From Candidatus Binatia bacterium (GTDB lineage Bacteria > Desulfobacterota > Binatia > UBA9968): a DNA stretch of 64,000 bases. The position numbers and the translations under genes are program-made. The stretch spans positions 230 through 64,229 of the forward strand of contig JBHHYU010000008.1 in the NCBI GenBank assembly GCA_046757725.1. The letters run 5' to 3'. This document shows positions 8,177-16,058 of this stretch, in pieces (the first letter of the stretch is position 1; every line of letters begins with the position of its first letter). Under the pieces are notes generated by a model. That model was not told where the DNA came from and made no database searches. It saw nothing but the letters and a program-made list of their open reading frames with translations.

Positions 8177-10819
8177 ATGCTTAAGATAAATCGGCGCAAT
8201 TTTTTGCAGACATCCGCGGCTGCCCTGGCCACGGGCCTGGCCATGGGAGGCAGGCTTTTCAGAGACAGGGAGTTGTTCCAGTTTGTCGGGGATGCAGAAG
8301 GCGCAGCGACGGACACGCGCAAGCTGGTCCCAACCCAGTGTCCTTACTGCGGCGTGGGTTGCCATACTTACTTCGTTGTCGAAAAGGGAAAGATAGTGGC
8401 CTCGGTCCCTGACAAGGACTCCCCGGTAAACCAGGGCATGCAGTGTATCAAGGGACTGACGGCTGCGGAAGCGCTTTATGTAGACCGGCTGGATCAGGTC
8501 CTCATCCGCAAAGACATGTCAAACCCCCTGACCGGCCATGTCTCCAAAACCAAGGGGCGTTTTGATGACAGTGTATTCCGCGTTGGAACATGGGAGGAGG
8601 GGGCGGAGATCGTCTCCGACATGCTTCTCCGAGTGCTGAAAAAGCACGGGGGTAACGCGCTCGGGGTCTACCAGTCCGGCCAGCTCACGATGGAAGAACA
8701 GTGGCTGGACAATATTTTCTACAAGGGCGTGCTCCAGTCAAACACCATCGAAGCCAACGCACGGATGTGCATGACCTCGGCAGTTACCGGATACATCCAC
8801 AGTCTGGGCAGCGACCATCCTCCCGGCAATTATGCAGACATCGAAGAGGCGGATTTCATAAACCACTGGGGTCATAATTCACGTGGCTCGCACCCTGTCC
8901 TTTTCTGGCGGGTGGCCGCATCGAAAGAAAAACGGAATATTCCCACTATGGTGGTAGACCCACGTTACACCGGGACCATGGATGGCTACGCTCAGGTTAA
9001 TCCTAGTAACAGCCTTTCTGTCACCATCCGTCCGAACGGCGACATTTCGCTCCAGAACGCCATTGCCCATGTCTTAATGAAGGAATTCCCTCAGAGCGTG
9101 GACAGTGCCTTTATCCGCAAGCATACGGAAGGCTTTGACAGTTACCGTGCCGGCATTATGGCGCGTTACAGTCCCGAGCAGGTAGTCGACCGAACGGGCA
9201 TCGCTCCGTCGGTAGTGCGGCGGATCGCCGGGATCTGGGCAGACGCCACTATAAAGGGTCGACAGCGTGGCCGAGGTGGTGTGCTGACCTTCTGGGGAAT
9301 CGGCTACAACCAATCGGTTCACGGGCAGCATCGGACCATCAATCTGATCAACCTACACCTCCTGACCGGCAACATCGGCCGGCCCGGATGCGGGCCGTTT
9401 TCGATGACGGGTCAACCCAATGCCATGAGCGAGCGTCTCATGGGGGGGCTCACCGGCCGCCTCCCTTTCAATGAGGGAATTAAGAACGCCAAACACCGTA
9501 AGCTGATCAACCAGATGTGGGGCCTGCCGCCGGGACGCCTCGACGTCACCGCTGCCGCTCCAAACAAAGGCATGGCCATTGGCATGTTCGAGCGCGCATT
9601 CAAGGGCGAGGTCAAGGTTATACAGTTCGCCTACGCCACACACATCGACCTGCCTGAGGTCAACACCCTCGTCCGCCCGGCTATCACCAAAACGTTTACC
9701 TATATGAATGAGGCCTATCGCCATGCGCCGAACCTGCTTTACGCGGACGTGGTCTTCCCCGCCGCCACGCACGGGGAGAAGTGGGGAGTGTACCAGAACA
9801 GCGAGCGCCGGATGTACGTCACCGACAAGGCCATGGAGCCGCCCCGGAACTGCCGACCTGACCTCGACGTCACCATCGACGAGGGAAAGCATATCGCTGC
9901 CAAGCTGGGGCTCGATCCGGACAGGGTCTTCCCTTACAAAAAAAAGGCAAACGGCCGGTACGATCCCGAGGATGTCTTTCGCCACATCTGTAGGGCGAGC
10001 AAGGGCTCAGACGCAGATCTCACGGGGATCCTCGAAGTGGAAAAACGCGACCGCATCTCTCCCTATGAGCAGATGCGGAAGCTCAAGGGCATCTTCTATC
10101 CGGCACCCAGTTACGAATACGCGAAGAAGGGAGGCATCCCCCGCAAGTACATGGATCAAGAGGTTGGGTGGAGAAATAAGCCCTATGGCGCCTTTCGGCG
10201 TAAGAACGGCAAGGCTAAATTCAAGCTCACAGAACAGAACTATTCGCGCGCTAGGGAGATCATTTCCAAGTTGGACAAGGTCGGCAAAGATCCAAACTTC
10301 TTCGTAACCGACCATTACGATGTGCTTGTGGCAATGCGCGATAATGCACTGACGCCGGAGCTCCCCGACTTTGATTTTTACGGCAAGTCGATCACGGAGA
10401 CCAAAAGGGCTGATAAGTATCCCTACTGGCTCAGCCTTGGTGTAGTCTTTGAGCACTTTCATACGACCAAGACCATCCGCGCGGCCACGACCCGGCGACT
10501 TGTCCCTGAACAGTACGTTGAGATCAACCCCCGGGACGCCCGCCAGCTCGGCGTCGAGGATGGCGAATGGGTCCGCATTGTCACGCCTCGGGCGAGTTAT
10601 GAGGCACGAGTCAGTATCGGCACCAAGAGCAAGGTCAAACCGGCCCGCAACAAGGTCATGCCTGGCCAGCTCTTTAGTCCATGGAACCTTTCCGTCGCGG
10701 ATAGCGCGGACCCCAAGAAAAACCGTTGGTTGGTCAACGCAGTCTCGCATCGCGCCTTTGACCCTGTCTCCGGGCAGGCGGATTTCAAACACCTGAGAGC
10801 GCGGATCGAAAAGATCTAG
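8177..10819 (+). CDS. Tat-exported molybdopterin oxidoreductase, NapA-like periplasmic nitrate reductase catalytic subunit candidate (880 aa)
   Basis: Twin-arginine motif (RRNFLQTSAAA). The N-terminal 4Fe-4S motif C-x2-C-x3-C-x27-C is followed by ...PVNQGMQCIKGL, which resembles NapA/Nas (DAPVNRGLNCIKGY). A strong GAGGAGGA ribosome-binding site lies upstream and NapG/NapH-like genes lie downstream. Confidence 0.55.
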   Translation: MLKINRRNFLQTSAAALATGLAMGGRLFRDRELFQFVGDAEGAATDTRKLVPTQCPYCGVGCHTYFVVEKGKIVASVPDKDSPVNQGMQCIKGLTAAEALYVDRLDQVLIRKDMSNPLTGHVSKTKGRFDDSVFRVGTWEEGAEIVSDMLLRVLKKHGGNALGVYQSGQLTMEEQWLDNIFYKGVLQSNTIEANARMCMTSAVTGYIHSLGSDHPPGNYADIEEADFINHWGHNSRGSHPVLFWRVAASKEKRNIPTMVVDPRYTGTMDGYAQVNPSNSLSVTIRPNGDISLQNAIAHVLMKEFPQSVDSAFIRKHTEGFDSYRAGIMARYSPEQVVDRTGIAPSVVRRIAGIWADATIKGRQRGRGGVLTFWGIGYNQSVHGQHRTINLINLHLLTGNIGRPGCGPFSMTGQPNAMSERLMGGLTGRLPFNEGIKNAKHRKLINQMWGLPPGRLDVTAAAPNKGMAIGMFERAFKGEVKVIQFAYATHIDLPEVNTLVRPAITKTFTYMNEAYRHAPNLLYADVVFPAATHGEKWGVYQNSERRMYVTDKAMEPPRNCRPDLDVTIDEGKHIAAKLGLDPDRVFPYKKKANGRYDPEDVFRHICRASKGSDADLTGILEVEKRDRISPYEQMRKLKGIFYPAPSYEYAKKGGIPRKYMDQEVGWRNKPYGAFRRKNGKAKFKLTEQNYSRAREIISKLDKVGKDPNFFVTDHYDVLVAMRDNALTPELPDFDFYGKSITETKRADKYPYWLSLGVVFEHFHTTKTIRAATTRRLVPEQYVEINPRDARQLGVEDGEWVRIVTPRASYEARVSIGTKSKVKPARNKVMPGQLFSPWNLSVADSADPKKNRWLVNAVSHRAFDPVSGQADFKHLRARIEKI

Positions 10820-10840
10820 AGAGCGAGCTGGAGGATAGCT

Positions 10841-11437
10841 GTGAGATTGAAATGGAACCGGCGGCGTTTCCTGCGAGCTGCCGGAGGCGCACTGGGAACG
10901 GCAATACTCTGGGTTCTAGCGGGTGCGCGGGTATCCGCGCGGAGTGGGTCGAACTTCGCCAACCTGCTACGTCCTCCGGGGGCGTTGCCCGAACCTGAGT
11001 TTCTCCAGCGCTGCATCCGCTGCACCCGGTGCGCGGGCGTGTGTCCGAACACCGCCATTCGGATGGCCGGTTTCAGCTCTGGGCTCCACAATCTCAATAC
11101 CCCTTACATCATGCCCCGGGTGCAGGCCTGTATGCTCTGCATGAAATGCACCGAAGTCTGCCCGACGGGCGCGCTGCATCAAATCCCGGCGGATAACAAA
11201 CAGATCACTACCCGTGTCAAGATGGGGCGCGCCTATGTGGATAAGTCCATGTGTTATTCCTATCAAAAACGCACCTGCGGGGTCTGTATTCGCGCCTGTC
11301 CGTTCCCCGGTCTCGCCATGAAGACGGGGCTATACGAGCAGCCCATCGTGACCGACTCCTGTGTCGGATGCGGCCTGTGCGAGCGTGCCTGCATCCACAT
11401 TCCGCAGGCGATTCGAATCGTTCGGGAGGAGGCCTGA
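10841..11437 (+). CDS. NapG-like periplasmic ferredoxin (4x 4Fe-4S, Tat signal)
   Basis: GTG start with a GGAGGA ribosome-binding site. The RRRFLRAAGGALG motif is a Tat signal. Four CxxCxxCxxxCP-type cluster motifs are present. Confidence 0.65.
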   Translation: MRLKWNRRRFLRAAGGALGTAILWVLAGARVSARSGSNFANLLRPPGALPEPEFLQRCIRCTRCAGVCPNTAIRMAGFSSGLHNLNTPYIMPRVQACMLCMKCTEVCPTGALHQIPADNKQITTRVKMGRAYVDKSMCYSYQKRTCGVCIRACPFPGLAMKTGLYEQPIVTDSCVGCGLCERACIHIPQAIRIVREEA

Positions 11438-11441
11438 AGTC

Positions 11442-12968
11442 ATGACTCGATGGCCCCGCCGCATGGTGCAAATCTCGGCACTCGCCTTCCTTATCGCGGT
11501 GCCTGCGCTGAACTACGGCGGTGTCCTCTACCAACAGTACGGAAAAAACGGTTACCACAAGATTGCCCTCATGGGGACACTTTTCGAACGCGGGTTATAC
11601 AATCTCTTCTCAGCGATGGCGCGGGTGCTACCCAATCCGGCGGGAAACTCAACGAGTCTTGTGGGGGGATACGGCTCTTTTTCGATATTCGGTATCTCTT
11701 TCCTCGATCCTGTGATTGCCCTCGAGACGGTGCTTCGCGTGCAGGCAGTCTGGACCGCTATCCTCGTAGGGGCTGCGCTGCCACTGCTGCTGGCCGTGCT
11801 GTTGGGGCGGATCTTCTGCGGATGGCTTTGTCCCGTGAACACGGTGCTCGAAGGTTTCGACCTGCTTCGAAAGCGCGCCCTGCCGCGCATTGGCTTCCGG
11901 CCGCTGGACGTGGCAGTGCCGCGCTGGTTGAAGTGGGTTCTCTTGTTCGCCGGTGTGACCGTAGCCGTCCTGGCGGATCTCACCATCTGGACGCACTTAC
12001 TCCCCCATGTCCAGATCGGCCGGGACGTTTTTTCTCTTATCGTGTTCGGTACGACCACGGTGGGCGCTCCTCTCCTCCTAGGAATCATCCTGGCAGAGAT
12101 TCTCTTTTCCCGCAGGGTATGGTGCCGGTCGCTTTGCCCCACCGGGGCGCTACTCGGCCTGGCGGCCCTGGTAGCTCCACTACGAGTGCGTCGGGCGAAG
12201 GAACCGTGCCTTAAAGGCTGTGCGGCCTGTGCCCAGGCCTGCCCCATGGCACTGAATCCCGCAAAGCCGTTCCCGGTAGCTGAATGCTACAACTGCGGGC
12301 TCTGTGTCGCCACTTGCCCGGCTCAGTTGCTCACTCTCGGCTTCCCGCGGCCGCGCTGGGTCGTTGTTCAAGAGATATTTCCCATGTTTAAGCGCATGAC
12401 GCTTTTTGTCCTCACTGCTACCCTGCTTCTCTCCTCACCGGCGGCGGCCCACCACATGCGCGGCCAGCCACACTACGGGTATGCCGAGAACTATCCACAG
12501 GTCCCTACGAAGGAAACCCGCGCGCACATCGGCAACTTTGATATCACGATCGTCAGTTATTTCTTCGAAGGCCTGCGGCGTGACCTCTCGGACACCCCAC
12601 ACGACGTCCAGTTCTATGTAGGTCTTAGTGACAGCCGGACCCATCAGAGCTACATGGGCCCGCTTTCCATTGAGTTGTGGCGTGGGGGGCAGCGCATCGC
12701 CACCTTCAACCACACGCACCCCTTCGAAGAAGCAGTCTATCGCATTCGTCAGGCAGTTCCCGGACCGGGGACATATGAGATTCGCCTCGCAGGGGGTGGG
12801 ATCAGCGGAGTCGTCACCGTGGATGTGGAGGGAGAATCAGCTCAGTTGACGCCTTTCATCCTGACGGGGGCTGCCGCCCTGCTCGGCCTTCTTATTTTCT
12901 TAAACCGCCGACGGAGGCAGAGAAGGAGAGTCTATGTGGCATCTAATGCGCAAAACCATGTCCAATAG
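11442..12968 (+). CDS. NapH/MauN/CcoG-like polytopic membrane ferredoxin with an in-frame ~200-aa C-terminal extension (His-rich periplasmic domain plus terminal TM anchor)
   Basis: TM helices, a GWLCP motif and two C-terminal 4Fe-4S motifs (CLKGCAACAQACP, CYNCGLCVATCP). The frame then continues without a stop through a hydrophobic segment (MFKRMTLFVLTATLLLSSPAAAHHMRGQPHYGY...), a ~150-aa soluble domain and a final TM helix followed by an RRRRQRRR stretch. The ATG at 11442 has a GGGAGGAGG ribosome-binding site. Confidence 0.55.
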   Translation: MTRWPRRMVQISALAFLIAVPALNYGGVLYQQYGKNGYHKIALMGTLFERGLYNLFSAMARVLPNPAGNSTSLVGGYGSFSIFGISFLDPVIALETVLRVQAVWTAILVGAALPLLLAVLLGRIFCGWLCPVNTVLEGFDLLRKRALPRIGFRPLDVAVPRWLKWVLLFAGVTVAVLADLTIWTHLLPHVQIGRDVFSLIVFGTTTVGAPLLLGIILAEILFSRRVWCRSLCPTGALLGLAALVAPLRVRRAKEPCLKGCAACAQACPMALNPAKPFPVAECYNCGLCVATCPAQLLTLGFPRPRWVVVQEIFPMFKRMTLFVLTATLLLSSPAAAHHMRGQPHYGYAENYPQVPTKETRAHIGNFDITIVSYFFEGLRRDLSDTPHDVQFYVGLSDSRTHQSYMGPLSIELWRGGQRIATFNHTHPFEEAVYRIRQAVPGPGTYEIRLAGGGISGVVTVDVEGESAQLTPFILTGAAALLGLLIFLNRRRRQRRRVYVASNAQNHVQ

Positions 12969-13018
12969 GGTCCGGCGCGTCGTCTTCTCTGATAGGGAAT
13001 CGTCACGGGGGTGAATAG

Positions 13019-13615
13019 ATGACCGAGAAGCCTATCGACCGTAAGACCTTTCTACGTAAGGCCCCGTTGGCAATCGCGCGTGCCTTTGCCCAGGCCGTGC
13101 GCGAGGCGCATCCAACCATCCCAAAATCTTCTCTGCCTCTCCTTCGGCCGCCCGGGGGGGCCGCCAAAGAGACTTTCCTCGACTTGTGCTGCGGGACCGG
13201 TGCGTGCGCAGATGTCTGCCCGGCCAAAGCCATCCAGCTCCGCCCGCGTGAGGATACACCTTCGCTTCGCGCCCCGGTTATCATCCCCAACGAGGCTGCC
13301 TGCGTTGTCTGCGACGAACTCGCTTGCATGTCCGCTTGCCCCAGCGGCGCACTTGTGCCGGTCCCCCGAGAGAAGATCCGCATCGGCTTTGCCCGTGTCA
13401 ACACCGAGACATGCGTGGCATGGACGGGGACGGACCCGGGGTGCAACTATTGCGTTGCCCGTTGTCCACTCGGAACACCGGCCATCTCGATAGATAAGAA
13501 AGCAGACGGAAAAGGGCCGGTCGTTAAGGACGCCTGCATCGGCTGCGGTGTGTGCGAATACTACTGCCCGACCCAACCGCCCGCAATCCGCGTGCTTGCG
13601 AGGGAGCAGGGTTGA
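13019..13615 (+). CDS. Second NapG/NapF-like poly-ferredoxin (4x 4Fe-4S)
   Basis: Four Cys-cluster motifs. The N-terminus (DRKTFLRKAPLAIARAFAQAV) resembles a Tat signal but carries RK instead of RR. A ribosome-binding site lies upstream. Confidence 0.55.
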   Translation: MTEKPIDRKTFLRKAPLAIARAFAQAVREAHPTIPKSSLPLLRPPGGAAKETFLDLCCGTGACADVCPAKAIQLRPREDTPSLRAPVIIPNEAACVVCDELACMSACPSGALVPVPREKIRIGFARVNTETCVAWTGTDPGCNYCVARCPLGTPAISIDKKADGKGPVVKDACIGCGVCEYYCPTQPPAIRVLAREQG

Positions 13616-13738
13616 ACCTTTGTGCTTCCAGGATTTCCGCCTACCGGCCTGTGAAAAAGTTTCCATAAGCGGCCATTTTTTTCTTGACAAAGGGTTAGCG
13701 ATGCTTTAAACAGACTCATAAGAGTTAAACGACCTATT

Positions 13739-13749
13739 AGGTCTTTTGA
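13739..13749. promoter_or_regulatory. Exact 11-mer AGGTCTTTTGA, copy 1 (overlaps the Rrf2 RBS region, -17..-7 from ATG)
   Basis: An identical 11-mer recurs at 14258-14268 in the next intergenic region. A CTATTAG/CTAATAG half-site lies just 5' of each copy. Confidence 0.4.
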
Positions 13750-13755
13750 CTCCTA

Positions 13756-14229
13756 ATGAGTGAAATGAAGTTAGGGCGGGAAAGTTCATACGGAATCGAA
13801 GGCCTGTTGACTCTGGCTGCAAGGCCGCGGGGCACTGCGATGCTCTTAAGCGACATTGCCGCCGATAGAGGGATCCCCCAGAGTTTTCTCGCTAAAATCT
13901 TTCAGAAACTCACCAGATACGGAATCGTCCATTCTTTCCGTGGGGTCGTCCGCGGTTACGCCCTCGCTCGGCACCCAAAAGAGATCAAGGTTAAAGAGAT
14001 CCTATTGGCGATCGAAGGGCCTGATCTTTTCGAGCGTTGTATCTTCTGGAGCGATCGCTGTGCCGATCGCAACCCCTGTCCTCTGCATGACCAGTGGAAG
14101 CAATTAAAACATCAGTTCATCGGAGGATTGATGGAACGGACAACCCTGGCCGACCTGATAAAAAAAAGACCAGCCAGGCCTACGACGGCCAAGCGTCACT
14201 TTGTTCAGGACGCAAGGCGGGGAAGTTAA
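13756..14229 (+). CDS. Rrf2-family transcriptional regulator (NsrR/IscR-like, putative Fe-S cluster ligands)
   Basis: The N-terminal wHTH is typical of Rrf2. The motif CIFWSDRCADRNPCP gives C-x6-C-x5-C spacing as in NsrR/IscR. The gene sits between the Nap-like and NXR-like modules. Confidence 0.7.
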   Translation: MSEMKLGRESSYGIEGLLTLAARPRGTAMLLSDIAADRGIPQSFLAKIFQKLTRYGIVHSFRGVVRGYALARHPKEIKVKEILLAIEGPDLFERCIFWSDRCADRNPCPLHDQWKQLKHQFIGGLMERTTLADLIKKRPARPTTAKRHFVQDARRGS

Positions 14230-14257
14230 AAATTTTTGTGTCTCTAATAGACTAAAA

Positions 14258-14268
14258 AGGTCTTTTGA
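14258..14268. promoter_or_regulatory. Exact 11-mer AGGTCTTTTGA, copy 2 (128 bp upstream of the nxrC-like start)
   Basis: This is an exact repeat of 13739-13749. Chance recurrence of an 11-mer within ~300 bp of intergenic DNA is improbable. Confidence 0.4.
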
Positions 14269-14395
14269 ATCATTTGGTACACCCTAAGGAGTGCGGAAAC
14301 GGCATGATTTAATTTCCACGCGCTCATCAGGGACTCAACGAAAATAGAAGTAGGAGACATGAGGCGTTGAGCTAGTCATAGGGAGGAGGTCAGAA

Positions 14396-15976
14396 ATGAG
14401 ACGGTGTTTTTTGTTGATTGCCGGTGTGTTCCTCCTGTTACGTGCAGCAGGAGTCGGGACCTCCGCCGAATTAAAATCTCCTCCCCCTTCACCTAAACTC
14501 CTTGCCCTCGGAAAGCAGACTTACAACAAACATTGTGTCGCGTGCCATGGAGTGAATGGACGAGGAAATGGAGAAGCGGCCTACCTTCTCTATCCCAAAC
14601 CCCGTAATTTTGTGGCCGCAAGGTACCGCCTAGTGTCGACCTGGGAACGCATCCCGACCGACCAGGATCTCTTCAACACGATTTCGCGCGGCATGCCGGG
14701 ATCAGCCATGCCCTCGTGGGGGCATCTCTCGTCAAAGCAGCGCTGGGGGCTTGTTCATTACGTAAAGTCATTTGCTGAAAGGCCACTAACCACCAAGCCT
14801 CAGAGGAGACCAGGGGCTGATGGCAGCGATGGTCAAGGGGTCATCTATGTTGGGCCGGAGCCCTCTTACGATGCCACTGCCAAGGCGCGTGCTAAAGAGC
14901 TTTTCCGAGAGGCGTGTGCCTCCTGTCACGGTGCAACGGCAAAAGGGGATGGCGTGAAAAAGCAGTGGGACGTGGAAGGCTTTCCCACGCGCCCACGTGA
15001 TCTCACAGCCGGCGTTTTCAAGGGAAGTCCGGACCCCTTGCAACTGTACCGCCGCATCATCGCAGGCATTCCGGGTAGCCCCATGCCGATGAACAGCTGG
15101 GCTTATGGTAATGACGCCTGGCACCTCGTTCACTTTATCCGCTCCCTCTCAAGTGATGAGCAACGAGAGCGCGTGGAGATGAAAAAATTTCAGATCGTGG
15201 CCACGCGCGTAAAGAAGGTACCGGACAATCCCGACTCCGGCACTTGGCGTCTCGCCCAACCGGTAAACCTTCATCTGATGCCGCTCTGGTGGCGCTCCCA
15301 GCGGCCGGAAGAATTGACCGTGCGGGCACTCTACGACAGGAAGGAATTGGCTTTACTTTTAGTCTGGGCCGATCAGACGCATGACCATACAGCGATCCGG
15401 CCACAGGATTTCCGGGATGCTGCAGCGGTAGAGTTCTCGCTTACCAGGGATCCTCCTTTTTTCGCCATGGGCGAGAAGGGGAAATCCGTCAATATCTGGA
15501 TGTGGAAATCGGAGCGGCAGGCAGACCTTGAACCTGCCTTTCAGGACCTTGACAAGATCTACCCTAACCTCGGCATCGACTCTTACCCTAATCTATTACG
15601 CTCGCCGGTGGAACAGCCTTCGCGTAACGCGCTCACGCTCAAGTCAGACAAGACCTTCGTGACCGGATGGGGGGCGGGGAATATTGTTTCTGACCCCCAG
15701 CGCAAGAGCCCAGCCGAGGATCTCACGGCGCAGGGATTCGGCACGCTGCGAGCACGACCGCGGATCGACCAGAAGGTCAATGCGAAGGGCATTTATGGTG
15801 TCGGTGCCTACCGGGTCATCTTCCGGCGGGCGTTAAAGCCCAGCGGTAAGCACGCGCCGAAGTTTCAACCCGGCACGGCTGTGCCGGTGGCCTTTGCGGT
15901 CTGGAACGGCAGCGCCGGAGACCGTGACGGAAAAAAATCTGTGACCATCTGGCAGGAGCTGAAGATCGCAAAATGA
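14396..15976 (+). CDS. NxrC-like gamma subunit: Sec-signal, N-terminal dihaem cytochrome c fused to a C-terminal EB_dh-like (type-II DMSO-reductase haem-b subunit) domain
   Basis: Strong GGGAGGAGG ribosome-binding site and a signal peptide. Two cbb3/c552-type haem motifs (CVACHG, CASCHG) are followed by ...WNHLVHFIRSL. The C-terminal ~260 aa ends in VAFAVWNGSAGDRDGKKSVTIWQEL, which recalls from memory the gamma subunits of EbdC/SerC/NxrC enzymes. The gene lies immediately upstream of the alpha subunit. Confidence 0.55.
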   Translation: MRRCFLLIAGVFLLLRAAGVGTSAELKSPPPSPKLLALGKQTYNKHCVACHGVNGRGNGEAAYLLYPKPRNFVAARYRLVSTWERIPTDQDLFNTISRGMPGSAMPSWGHLSSKQRWGLVHYVKSFAERPLTTKPQRRPGADGSDGQGVIYVGPEPSYDATAKARAKELFREACASCHGATAKGDGVKKQWDVEGFPTRPRDLTAGVFKGSPDPLQLYRRIIAGIPGSPMPMNSWAYGNDAWHLVHFIRSLSSDEQRERVEMKKFQIVATRVKKVPDNPDSGTWRLAQPVNLHLMPLWWRSQRPEELTVRALYDRKELALLLVWADQTHDHTAIRPQDFRDAAAVEFSLTRDPPFFAMGEKGKSVNIWMWKSERQADLEPAFQDLDKIYPNLGIDSYPNLLRSPVEQPSRNALTLKSDKTFVTGWGAGNIVSDPQRKSPAEDLTAQGFGTLRARPRIDQKVNAKGIYGVGAYRVIFRRALKPSGKHAPKFQPGTAVPVAFAVWNGSAGDRDGKKSVTIWQELKIAK

Positions 15977-16058
15977 AGAGCGCAGCAGAAATAGAATTCA
16001 CAAAGCGGAATGGGGCAGGGGGTCTTGATGCTGACCAGTGGATTCCAGAAGGAGAGTG

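Noticed and set aside
9353-9985. 210-aa minus-strand ORF inside the NapA-like gene
   Set aside because: It is antisense to a confidently coding region with low-complexity composition.
8177-10819. Calling the Tat molybdoenzyme a formate dehydrogenase
   Set aside because: The ...PVNQGMQCIKGL context after the FeS motif and the NapG/NapH partners fit Nap-type enzymes better. No FdhB- or cytochrome b-type partners are present. This remains uncertain.
11450-12247. 254-aa (+) and 231-aa (-) ORFs overlapping the NapH-like gene
   Set aside because: They are off-frame or antisense artefacts. The translations are Arg/Pro/Gly-rich and lack domain features.
13052-13690. 212-aa minus-strand ORF covering the second ferredoxin gene
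   Set aside because: It is antisense to a gene with four canonical 4Fe-4S motifs.
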